DNA from: Eledone cirrhosa
Lineage: Eukaryota
Assembly: GCA_964016885.1 (NCBI GenBank)
Contig: OZ024745.1
Coordinates: 8,184,001-8,248,000 of the forward strand
Length of the DNA stretch: 64,000 bases
Reading direction: 5' to 3'
Part shown: in pieces, positions 16,150 to 26,702 of the stretch
How positions within the stretch are numbered: position 1 is the first letter of the stretch
How the letters are laid out: every line of letters starts with the position of its first letter
Notes under the pieces: generated by a model
The model's database searches: none
The model's input: the letters and a program-made list of their open reading frames with translations, nothing else
Told to the model about the DNA's origin: nothing
Program-made: the position numbers and the translations under genes

Positions 16150-16168
16150 GGGCCACTAGCGGGCGTGT
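16150..16168 (+). promoter_or_regulatory. CTCF-like motif GGGCCACTAGCGGGCGTGT
   Basis: Resembles the CTCF core CCASYAGRKGGCRS with mismatches at the R and final S positions. Sequence match only. Confidence 0.35.
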
Positions 16169-16264
16169 TTCGTGTTTACTGGTCTGTGTCAAAAACTGAC
16201 CTCTCTCCGCCAATGTCCTTCTCTTCCCCCTCTTAATCCTGCTCTCATCCGCCGTCATTACCAC

Positions 16265-16344
16265 CCTCTATACTTCTCTCTCTCTCTCTTTTTCTCTCCC
16301 TCTTTTCATCTCTCTCTTTTTTTCTATCACTCTCTTTTCTAAGC

Positions 16345-16433
<89 letters not shown>
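16265..16433. repeat. (CT)n-rich tract followed by a perfect (CA)n tract (16347-16433)
   Basis: Read directly. Confidence 0.95.
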
Positions 16434-16434
<1 letters not shown>

Positions 16435-16845
16435 GCTGAAATAAATGTCTGCGTAATTATTGCTTTGATGGCGAAAACCACTTCAGTGAAGATGAAACGT
16501 TTTGGAGAAGAAAATTAGTCGCATAATTGACGGCATCTGAGCTTTTGATATTCACTGAGAACTGTGCCAGATTAACAACTCGACATGCTCTTCACCCCCC
16601 CCCCCTCATTTCCTCTTTACTCTCCCCACCTTTATCTTTTAACCCAATCTACTCACCCCACTCCACCTTATTCAATCTCTTCATTAAATCTCTCTCTCGC
16701 ACAACTTCCTCCTCTTTCTATTACTCTCTCATTATCTCTCTCTAATTTCCTTTTCCTTCTTTATCTCTCTTCAAATGTTATATCCCTTCCCCCTCTCCCC
16801 CCTCTCTCTGCCCTCTCTCTCGCTCTCTCTCTCTCTCTCTTTCTT

Positions 16846-17193
16846 ACACACCTTGCCACACACACACACATTGCCACACACACAGTACCACACACACACA
16901 CATTGCCACACACACACATTGCCATAAACTTACACACAGTACCACACACACACACATTGCCACAAACATACACACAGTACCACACACACACACATTGCCA
17001 CAAACATACACACAGTACCACACACACACACACAGTACCACACAAACACACATATACCAACAAACACACACATACATCTATAATGTATGGACATACATTC
17101 TAGTATTCAGGATTAAACACTCGCAACTTTATAACTCACACCTTCTCTTACACACACACACACACCTCCACATACACCACACACACACATATA

Positions 17194-17237
<44 letters not shown>

Positions 17238-17383
17238 ACACACACCTCCACACAGACACACACACCTATATACACACACACGCACACACCTCCACACGCA
17301 CACACACACACACACATATATATATATACAAATATACAATTACGTGCACATTGACAAACACCATACCAAATTTACACTCACAC

Positions 17384-17426
<43 letters not shown>

Positions 17427-17430
17427 TACT
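16846..17430. repeat. CA-rich compound microsatellite containing a 38-bp minisatellite (16900-17040) and (CATACA)n
   Basis: cagtacca recurs at 16937, 16975 and 17013 (period 38). (catacacata)n lies at about 17380-17428. Confidence 0.9.
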
Positions 17431-17599
17431 CCTAGATACAGACATCCACCCAGAGAGGCAACACCAAATTATGACATCTCAAAGTCATTAAAAGTCATTA
17501 ACATATATTTAAAACAATTACATATAGACACATAAACATATTCCTGTATACATATCTCATAGCACCTCACATATACACACGCAATATATAAAGCAACGC

Positions 17600-17683
<84 letters not shown>
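17600..17683. repeat. (TA)n(TG)n microsatellite
   Basis: Read directly. Confidence 0.95.
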
Positions 17684-17688
<5 letters not shown>

Positions 17689-18146
17689 AGGGTGTGGTTG
17701 TCGATATATATATATATGTATGTGTGTATGCAGCAAACTTAGTTGATGTATATGTTTGGGTATGCACGTATGCTTGTATGTGTGTGTGATATACTCTTAC
17801 ATACACACACTGATGCAAATACACAATTGATAACATAATTACATATATACCATAGATGCATTCACACACACACAGACATATCAACATTCTCCGAACACAG
17901 AAATATACACACGTGTAAATATACTCACAATCACGCACGCACACACATTATTGCTTGGCCCTCAAACAGTTACGGATCAGCATATAAATATATATATAAG
18001 TATATATATAAATATACCTATATATATATATATATATATAATAAAAGAAGGGCGGAAGATAATAAAAAGTAAAGCACAATAACAACAACAAGAGCAACAA
18101 AAACAAAAGATTTGCTTCTTTCTTGTCGCCGCCATTAGGATTAGGT

Positions 18147-18165
18147 TTGACAGCAGATGGCGCAG
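18147..18165 (+). promoter_or_regulatory. CTCF-like motif TTGACAGCAGATGGCGCAG
   Basis: Matches CCASYAGRKGGCRS at 13 of 14 positions (first C is A). Sequence match only. Confidence 0.4.
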
Positions 18166-18289
18166 CTGTAGCCATAAATGACGACATGCTCTATTCATGT
18201 TAAAACTATTATATTACAACACACCCCCTCCCTATTACAACTGGCCACAAGCTAGAGACATTTCAGTTTTATTTCAAACAATACTCCTT

Positions 18290-18365
18290 TTGTTATTGTT
18301 GTTACTGTTTGTTATTGTGGTGCTGGTTGTTGTGGTTGTTGTTGTTGGTGTTGGTCTTGTTGTTG

Positions 18366-18397
<32 letters not shown>

Positions 18398-19193
18398 GGT
18401 GTTGGTGTTGGTGTTGGTGTTGGTGTTGTTGGTGTTGTTGTTGTTGTTGGTGTTGGTTGTTGTGGTTGTTGGTGTTGGTGGTGTTGTTGGTGGTGTTGCT
18501 GTTGGTGTTGTTGTTGGTGTTGGTGGTGGTGCTGTTGGTTTTGTTGTTGTTGGTGTTGGTGTTGGTGGTGGTGCTGTTGGTTTTGTTGTTGTTGGTGTTG
18601 TTGTTGTTGGTGGTGTTGTTGTTGGTGTTGTTGGTGTTGGTGTTGTTGTTGGTGTTGTTGTTGTTGGTGTTGTTGGTGGTGGTGTTGTTGTTGGTGTTGG
18701 TGTTGTTGTTGTCGGTGGCGTTGTTGTTGTTGGTGTTGGTGGTGGTGTTGTTGTTGGTGGTGTTGTTGTTGGTGGTGGTGTTGTTGTTGTTGGTGTTGGT
18801 GGTGGTGTTGCTGTTGTTGTTGTTTTGTTGTTGTTGGTGTTGTTGTTGGTGTTGGTGTTGTTGTTGGTGTTGGTGGTGCTGTTGTTGTTGGTGGTGTTGT
18901 TGGTGGTGTTGGTGGTGTTGGTGTTTTTGGTGTTGGTGGTGTTGTTGTTGTTGGTGGTGTTGTTGGTGTTGTTGGTGTTGTTGGTGTTGTTGTTGTTGGT
19001 GGTGGTGGTGGTGGTGGTGTTGTTGTTGTTGTTGGTGTTGGTGGTGTTGTTGTTGTTGGTGGTGTTGGTGGTGGTGTTGGTGGTGTTGGTGTTGTTGGTG
19101 TTGGTGGTGTTGTTGTTGTTGGTGGTGTTGTTGGTGGTGTTGGTGTTGTTGGTGTTGTTGTTGTTGGTGTTGTTGTTGGTGTTATCGTTATTG

Positions 19194-19225
<32 letters not shown>

Positions 19226-19270
19226 GTTGTTGTTGTTGGTGGTGGTGGTGTTGTTGTTGTTGTCGTTGTT
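18290..19270. repeat. ~1-kb mixed (GTT)n/(GGT)n trinucleotide tract
   Basis: Almost purely G/T triplets. The poly-V/G, poly-L and poly-C/W ORFs are its three frames. Confidence 0.97.
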
Positions 19271-19325
19271 AATGTTTTAATTTAGTTTCATTTACTCTAA
19301 TTGTTTCATGCCTGACTGTGTATCC

Positions 19326-19486
19326 ACACACACATACCATACACACGATACACACACACATACCATACACACCATTCACACACACATACCATACACACCA
19401 TACACACACATACCATACACACCATACACACACACACACACATACGCACCATACACACCATACACACACACACACGCGCGCACACA
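19326..19486. repeat. CA-derived minisatellite, unit about CACACATACCATACACACCATA
   Basis: ccatacacac motif repeated with variable CA spacers. Confidence 0.85.
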
Positions 19487-19529
19487 CTCTTAGACATGCA
19501 AGTAATCATGAATATATATAAACCTCAAT

Positions 19530-19890
19530 GTTACCAATTGTGATGAGGGCGTCCCTAGGTGGTTTCTGAGCCAGTAGTAGCAGAAACATTTCCCTTAAAC
19601 CACACCCTACCCCTTAAACTACCCCCTACCCCCTACCCCCTTAAACCATTCTCTGCCCTATTAAACCACACCCTACCCCATTAAACACTCTACCCCATTA
19701 AATACCCTACCCCTTAAACTACACCCTACCCCTTAAACCACACTCTACCCCCTTAAACCAGAAAAAAACTTACATTGGATTATGTAGCGCTAAGTTGTTC
19801 CTGAAAACTCTGGTCACGGTTTAAACGCCTTTGATCCTAGGTTAGCTCGATCAAGGTTGGCCTAGGGTTAAACCAGGACAACCATCAACA
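19530..19890 (+). mobile_element. Putative SINE-like interspersed repeat with a degenerate CAA-type tail and an internal tandem expansion
   Basis: The 3' end gcctttgatcctaggttagctcgatcaaggttggcctagggttaaac followed by acaaccatcaacaa resembles, from memory only, an abundant octopus repeat. Boundaries are approximate. Confidence 0.3.
19592..19760. repeat. ~19-bp C-rich minisatellite (CCCTTAAACCACACCCTAC), about 9 degenerate copies
   Basis: ttaaac and ccctaccc motifs recur every 17-21 bp. Confidence 0.9.
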
Positions 19891-20219
19891 AAACCATCAC
19901 CTTCAGATCCACACTATCATCAGATAGATACATACACATAACTATCTCTCTCACACATTCATATGTGTGTCGGATAGCAGTGTTTGCTGTCATGGTAAAC
20001 TTTAGAATATAGGGAGGGCCTCTACCACAGTAACTCCTTTTGTATGTCGAGGGACCTTCCAAACTGGTGGAAAGAAAGAAGTTACTCCATGTAGAAGATT
20101 TGGCTCAAATACTTGCAACAGAATACAGTCTACTACAGCCACTCCTGGGTCATGTGAGTTAAACCGGGTGATGGATTAAGTCTACTACACAACAACAGAA
20201 ATAGTACTCCCTCCGAAAG

Positions 20220-20305
20220 GCCTCCATACGGCTTCTGTCAACCAATTTCCACTTACATGAGTTTATATAAATCGAAGTTATGATAAAAGACCCTTACTAA
20301 AGGTA
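20220..20305 (-). mobile_element. Degenerate fragment of a second SINE family
   Basis: ccaatttccactt...gttatgataaaagacccttactaaagg loosely matches aataccacttc...ctatagtaaaagac at 30560-30607. Confidence 0.3.
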
Positions 20306-20409
20306 AATCTTAACGACAGTCATAACTACACTGTAGCCATACCTGTAAATTTAGTGATGTTACTGACGACAGGTAGCTGATAGCTATAACTAGCGTTGAG
20401 AAAGTTCAG

Positions 20410-20808
20410 AATAACAACGATAGCAATAATAATAACAACAACAACCGCAATAACAACAACGACAACAACAACAACAACAACAATAATAGCAATAATAACA
20501 ACAATAACAGCAATAACAGCAGCAACAACAACAACAACAACAGCTGCAACAATAACAACAACAACAACAGCAAGAAGAACAATAACAACAACAGCAACAA
20601 CAGTAACAATAAAACAACAACAGCAACAACAGCAACAATAAAACAACAACAGCTGCAACAATAACAACAACAACAACAACAGCAATAAGAACAATAACAA
20701 CAACAACAACAGCAACAACAGCAATAACAACAACAACCATCACAACAACAACAACAATAACAACAACAGCAATATAAAAGAACATCACACCAAAATAAAC
20801 AACAATAA
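20410..20808. repeat. Degenerate (CAA)n tract with CAG/TAA variants
   Basis: Read directly. Confidence 0.95.
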
Positions 20809-21155
20809 AAATTACGAATATTTATAATTTTAAATAAAAACTACATTTATATTAATTTCTCTTCATGTTACTCTCAGGTAAACATTTTTATCTCAGGTAA
20901 TCATCTACATGTGTATATATTGATATCTCTTCAGTATATATAGGTAGGTGTATATCTACATGTGTATATATAAGTGTGGGCAGCTACATGTTTGTGTACA
21001 TGTGTATGTTGAAAAAGGAAAAGATAGAAACAAAGAGAGGAATGACAAAGATCGATACACAACTGACACTGTTTCCATGACAAACGAACTTTATTTTTAA
21101 TACCTCAGTCTATTTAGCTCTATGTAGGTACCACACGATGCTCTAATTCACCGGC

Positions 21156-21214
<59 letters not shown>
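21156..21214. repeat. (ATT)n tract; 3' tail or target of retrotransposon E1
   Basis: Perfect ATT repeats abutting the 3' UTR of the minus-strand element. Confidence 0.97.
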
Positions 21215-24200
21215 GTTATCATTCTTTGAGTCTCAGTCATTGATGTTATTTAACTGGAAAGTTTTCTGAAATGAATATCAAGCCACTACCTGCAGCCTCA
21301 GATATTCAGGACGTATCGGAGGGTTCTTGCTGTTACCAGCAAGCATGCCTTTTGAAGTGTTCCAAAAAGCGGGGCTAGACCAACTTTCTTTAACCATTCT
21401 TGGAAACTCATTGAGATAGTACCTAGTGCACCTATGACAATGGCAGTTCCAAATCCTTTTTACCTCCCACTTTAAGTCCTGATATCGGTTAATGTTTCTC
21501 CCTCTCCTTCTCTTGCACTCTCGTGTCGAATGGGCAGGCCACATCCACAATCAGGCACGATCTTTTTTCCTTGTCCAAAACCACCAGGTCAGGTCTATTG
21601 TGTTCCAGTTTCTTGTCCGTCTGTATCCTAAAATCCCACAGCACCTTCACCTGATCGTTTTCTACTCTGGCTTATGCTCATACCACTTCTCAGAATGTGG
21701 TAAATTGTTTACTTTGCATAGGTGCCAGTGGATCACCCTGCCCATCACATCATGTCTCCAGCCCTTAAGGTGAGTCTGGGCTAGGTGTTTACACTCGGAT
21801 ACAATGTGAGCCACAGTCTCCTCTCTCTCTCTCCACAGATCCTGCACAGTGGGCTAGCCTCCTCCTTGTAAATATGGTGTTTCAGCCACTTCGTTTTGAG
21901 GGCCTGCTCTTGCGCAGCCATTAGCATTCTTTCTGTAGCCTTTTTAAGGTCTCCTCTTTTCAACCAGTTCCATGTCTGTGGATCTCTGAATTCAGTTTTT
22001 TCAAAGAAGGTACTATGAAGGGATTTTTCATGAAGGTTGCTATTTCTCCTTGTTGTTATTTCCTCCTTGGACATCCCCTGGTCTATTGTCCTTCCCTTCA
22101 GTACAATTCTGAGCATTGGCTCCCTACTATCAGTCACGCATTTGTGTAGGTTGTTTTTCTCCATCTGAACTCAGTCCTCTATGCTGATAAGACCTCTTCC
22201 ACCTTCAGATCTCCTTAAGTAGAGTCTATCGACATCACTCCTCTTGTGGAACATGTTGTAGATAGTCAATAGCTTCCTAGTCTTCCTATCCATTTCTTTT
22301 TGTTCAGCAGCATTCCATCTCAGAATTCCCGCACTGTACCTAATAATAGACACAGCTCGGGAATTTACTGCACTTATGGCATTCCTACTGTTCAGGTGTG
22401 ACTTTAATACGCTCCTTATTCTCCGAATGTATTCAGATCTTATCAATTCCTTCATTTTTTTGTTCTTTATGTCATCAGCCTCCAGAACACCCAAATACGT
22501 GTATCCTTCTTCAGTGTCAATTTCCTTTATCATCTCACCTGTTGGTACCTGGATTCCGTTGCTTCTGCTCAATTTACCCCTCTTCATCACAAGGACTCCA
22601 CACTTACTAATACCAAATTGCATACATATATCATTGCTGAAAATACGGACAGTGTCAACAAGCACATCCAACTCCTTCTCACTCTTCCCGAAGAGCTTAA
22701 GATCGTCCATGAAGAGGAGGTGATTGATGGTAAGCTCTCCCTTTCCCAACTTGTATCCCGCTCTCACTTTTCGCAGTATAATGGTCAGGGGCACCAGGGC
22801 AAGGACAAACAACAGAGGGGACAAACTATCTCCCTGGAAGATACCTCTCTTTATCTTCACGCCTCCCAAGGATTCTCCAGCTGATGTTAACTCTGTTTTC
22901 CAGGACTTCATACTTTTGCCCAACAACTGTCTGATGTTATCTGCCACCTTGAAGATCTCTAGGCTTTTGGTGATCCAAGAATGAGGCACCATGTCAAATG
23001 CCTTTTTGTAGTCTATCCATCCCATGGCAAGACCAGTGTGTCTCCTCTTGCAATTCCTCATTACCATCTTATCAATAAGTAACTGGTCCTTTGTACCACG
23101 GGACTTCTTTCGGCATCCTTTCTGTTCGTCCGGTAACAAGTTGTTTGTGTGGAGGTGATGGTAGATTTCCTCAGACATAATGCTTGTCAACAGTTTCCAC
23201 ATTACGGACAGACATGTGATAGGTCTATAGTTGGTAACATCATTACCCTTGATTCGGTCTTTCATTACCAGAACTGTGGTACCTTTTGTCAACCACTCTG
23301 GTACCTCACCTGACATCAAGCAGTCATTGAACATGGTTGTCAGTTTCGGGTGGAGGGATGTTATATTTTTAATCCAATACCCCTGCACACCATCTGGGCC
23401 TGGTGATTTCCAGTTGGTTAGATTTTTGGCCTGCCCCTTAAGAGTTTCAACTGTGATACTCAAATCAGTTTGTTGGTGTGCCTGTTCACTAATCTCCTTT
23501 TGTACTGTCTCAATCCACACTGCCTGGTCATTATGTTTAACATCCTGCTCCCATATTCCTCTCCAGAATGTCTTAGTTTGTTCCGCCTCAAGGATCAAGT
23601 CGTTGCCTCTTTCTTTCCCTTCAAGCTGTCCAAACAGCATCTTCTGGTTGTTGTAAAACATGCGGTTCTGTCTATACTGACTGACTCTGCTCTCGAATCG
23701 CCTAATTTTTGCACTCTTTGCTACAATGCATTGCTTCAGTTCCTCTATGATAATATTTAGCTTTTTCCTCTTAGTTTTGTACTTTATTTCCAGTCTATTT
23801 TTAGTGTCTATGTTTTTTAGTGTCCCATTCAGTAGGGACTCAAGCTTTCCAATGTCATTTCTCATTTCCCTGATTTGACCATTCAGTCGTTTCTTCCACC
23901 AAGGTTCTGATCTTTCTTGTTTGTTGTTTCCTCTCGTTTTTATGCCAAGTAGTTTCCTCACCGCATTTGCTGTTGCTTTGAGGATATTGTTGCACTGGTG
24001 AAGGCTCCTCGCCTCAAGGTATGGGATGACTTTATTTACCTTAGCTGTTGTTTCTTTTAACTTTTTCCTGTCTACAAATCTTAGGTTCATAGGTTTCCCA
24101 CTATCATTGTTCAATTCATCTACCACTAAGTTTAGGATATCGACCAAATCTTGTCCTAGCCCGTCAGCATTCATCTCCTCAATGGTCGTATCTTTGTTCC

Positions 24201-24790
24201 ATGTATTATTTATTTCAGCATTCAGATCATTGTCTGCTTTGGATGGTTCCTCCGTTCTCTCAACCTCTTTACCTTCATTTCCTACTGGCTCGTTTGGCTG
24301 GCATTATCCACTATCCATTTCCAACGTAATCTCTCTGCTCAGTTCCTCCAATTCCAGCTCGCTTATCCACCCATTAGTTCTTATTACCCGAGCCTGCCCG
24401 GCCAATTTTTGTTCATCTAATTTAAATAGACCAATCTCGTTCCAGATGTTATGCATCCGTTTCCTATAGCCTTTCTCCTTGGGGTTACTCTTCAGGTAAC
24501 ATTGCATAACAGTTCTATTCAATTCTTTCGTCCAGTTGGTTCTGGTCCCTTTCCTTCTTCTTCTTCCTCCGACACCAGCAGTATTTGGTTGACAGCCAGG
24601 TCCCTGCTGCTGAGCCAGGGAGCACCTGCTGGTGAGAGTCTGTCACATGACATTCCAGTCTCCACTTTACCGTTATTCGAACTGCTTAGGTTCGACATTT
24701 AAACACTCTTACCGAGGATTGGTGAATGTATTGTTACATAACCACCGATGATTTCATCACCCCCGGTGATTTTAGTGTGGCACTATCACG
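21215..24790 (-). mobile_element. E1: near full-length R4/Dong-like non-LTR retrotransposon (single ORF, RT plus CCHC plus RLE endonuclease)
   Basis: N-terminal domain WTKELNRTVMQCY...GYRKRM...IW...EQKLAGQARVIRTNGW. RT motifs [54 protein letters not shown] knuckle, RHD motif, PD..D endonuclease. About 80-bp 3' UTR, then (TAA)n. The 5' boundary is approximate. Confidence 0.93.
21298..24698 (-). pseudogene. Disrupted RT-RLE polyprotein ORF of E1
   Basis: ORF pieces 24304-24522, 22171-24174 and 21781-22164 share one frame, separated by single stops (TAA 24304-24306, TGA 22171-22173). Relative to E2 there is a +2 slip in a GA run (~21817-21832), a 7-bp deletion (~21664) and a 20-bp deletion (~21440). 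Terminal stop at 21298-21300. The candidate ATG at 24698 is in another frame, so the start is uncertain. Confidence 0.9.
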
Positions 24791-25079
24791 CTGTAGACGA
24801 ACATAAATAAACAAACAAATAGGTAAAAAAAAAAAAAAAAAGAATAAGCATAAGTTTCATTGTAATGTAATGTTTGAATGTCTGACTTAGTTTTTTTTTC
24901 TCCTTCTCTGTCTGTCTGTTTGTTTTTATTTTTATTTTTATTTTCTTTACGTTTTTCGTTGCTGCTGTGCTGTTTTGATTTTGATTTTTGGTTTTTTGAT
25001 TTTTTGACCGGGTCATCAAATCAGTCTATTTATATCTTTTGATGCCTTCCTCTTTTAGTGGGTGTACTACGATGCATGT

Positions 25080-25223
25080 CTTAGCAGGAGGTAGTGGGAG
25101 AGAATAGCGGCGGTAGCGATAATTAGGCAGTGGTGGTGGTGGTGGTGGTGGTGCTGTGCTGGTAGTACTTAGCAGGAGGTAGTGGGAGAGAATAGCGGTG
25201 GTAGCGATAAGGAGGCAGTGGTG
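25080..25223. repeat. Two ~56-bp direct repeats, period 88 bp
   Basis: cttagcaggaggtagtgggagagaatagcgg(c/t)ggtagcgataa(tt/gg)aggcagtggtg at 25080 and 25168. Confidence 0.9.
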
Positions 25224-25535
25224 ATGTGATCGTAGTACTGTAGTGATGATGGTGTTGAAGTTGAAGTAGAAATAGAAGTTGAGGTAAATTGACTAGAATT
25301 TTTGGCGTGGTAGTGGTGATGGTGGCGGTGGTGGTGTTGGTGGTGAAATTATTTAGCCATTTTGCCATTTTCCTCTTTTTCGACTATAACATTTCTGATC
25401 CAAAATTAAATATTAAATATCGGGGCCCTATGCCGTAAAGTGATGCGTTGTGGCTTGCTGAGCGTAAAAATGTAATCTTATACGTCATTTCTAATAAGAA
25501 TTATTCTATCACAGTTGTTTTAAATAAGTAAATAA

Positions 25536-25571
25536 ATTATTATTATTATTATTATTACTATTATTATTATT
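25536..25571. repeat. (ATT)n tract
   Basis: Read directly. Confidence 0.95.
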
Positions 25572-25642
25572 TCCGGGGTCGATAGAATAAAGTACCAGTA
25601 ATGCATTGGGTAATTGCTGGCCTTGTGCCAAAAGTAGAAACA
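25572..25642 (+). mobile_element. 5'-truncated SINE (family 1, 3' part)
   Basis: cggggtcgatagaataaagtaccagtaat...ttgctggccttgtgccaaaagtagaaaca closely matches 29160-29230, with (ATT)n on both sides. Confidence 0.85.
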
Positions 25643-25680
<38 letters not shown>

Positions 25681-25693
25681 GATTATTGTTATT
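25643..25693. repeat. (ATT)n tract shared as tail by the + strand SINE and the - strand E2
   Basis: Lies between the SINE 3' end and the E2 3' UTR. Confidence 0.95.
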
Positions 25694-26640
25694 CCTTGAA
25701 TCTCAGTCATTGATGTTGGTTAACTGGAAAGTCCGTTGGATTGAATATCAAGCCACTACCTGCAGCCTCAGATATTCAGGACGTATCGGAGGGTTCTTGC
25801 TGTTCCAAGCAAGCATGCCTTTTGAAGCGTTCCAAAAAGCGTTAAGGGGCCGATTTTCTTTAACCATCCCTGGAAACTTTTGGAGATAGTCCCCAGTGCG
25901 CCTATGACAATCGGGATCACTTTGACTTCATGGCAGTTCCAAATCCTTTTCACCTCCCACTTTAGGTCCTGGTATCGGTTAATTTTCTCCCTCTCCTTCT
26001 CTTGCACTCTCGTGTCGAACGGGCAGCCCACATCCACAATCAGACACGATCTTTTTTCTTTGTCCACAACCACCAGGTCAGGTCTATTGTGTTCCAGTTT
26101 CTTGTCCGTCTGTATCCTAAAATCCCACAGCACCTTCACCTGATTGTTCTCCATCACCGCCTCTGGCCTATGCTCATACCATTTCTCAGAATGTGGTAAA
26201 TTGTTCACTTTGCACAGGTGCCAGTGGATCACCCTGCCCATCACATCGTGTCTCCAGCCCTTATAGTGGGTCTGGGCTAGGTGTTTACACTCGGACACAA
26301 TGTGAGCCACAGTCCCCTCTCTCTCTCCACAGATCCTGCACAGTGGGCTAGCCTCCTCCTTGTAAATATGGTGCTTCAACCACTTCGTTTTGAGGGCCTG
26401 CTCCTGCGCAGCCATTAGCATTCCTTCTGTAGCCTTTTTGAGGTCTCCTCTTCTCAACCAGTTCCATGTCTGTGGATCTCTAAATTCAGTTTTCTCAAAG
26501 AAGGTACTATGAAGGGATTTTCCCTTAAGGCTGCTCTTCCTCCTTGATGTTATTTCCTCCTTGGACATCCCCTGGCCTACTGTCCCCTCCTTCAGTACAG
26601 TTCTGAGCATTGGCTCCTTACTATAGGTCACGTATTTGTA
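25694..26640 (-). mobile_element. E2: 5'-truncated Dong-like element, same family as E1
   Basis: Colinear with E1 21215-22145 including the 3' UTR. (ATT)n on both sides. Confidence 0.93.
25768..26640 (-). pseudogene. Uninterrupted C-terminal fragment of the E2 polyprotein (linker, CCHC knuckle, PD-(D/E)xK endonuclease)
   Basis: CRICGEREGTVAHIVSEC, WRHD, HNRPDLVVVDKEKRSCLIVDVGCPFD, EKINRYQDL, PIVIGALG. No stops in about 290 codons. RT is absent. Confidence 0.88.

Positions 26641-26700
<60 letters not shown>
26641..26700. repeat. (ATT)20; tail of E3 and 5' flank of E2
   Basis: Perfect repeat between the two elements. Confidence 0.97.

Positions 26701-26702
<2 letters not shown>

Noticed and set aside
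19592-19760. Interstitial telomeric repeat
   Set aside because: The unit is about 19 bp and there are no tandem CCCTAA hexamers.
15496-20788. ORFs in the microsatellite zone (poly-V/G, C/W, HT, CV, poly-T/L)
   Set aside because: They are translations of simple repeats, open in several frames at once, with no domain content.
22171-24174. Intact functional reverse transcriptase gene
   Set aside because: It is bounded by premature in-frame stops inside a longer ORF whose endonuclease part is frameshifted, so it is annotated as a pseudogene.
24700-24790. Canonical HDV-like or hammerhead ribozyme at the E1 5' end
   Set aside because: UCCUCG and UGAUGA look-alikes are present, but P1/P1.1/P2 pairing and the GAAA box could not be fitted. 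Kept only as a structured-leader finding.
21492-26199. Plus-strand ORFs overlapping E1 and E2
   Set aside because: Antisense shadows of the retrotransposon ORFs with no recognisable motifs.
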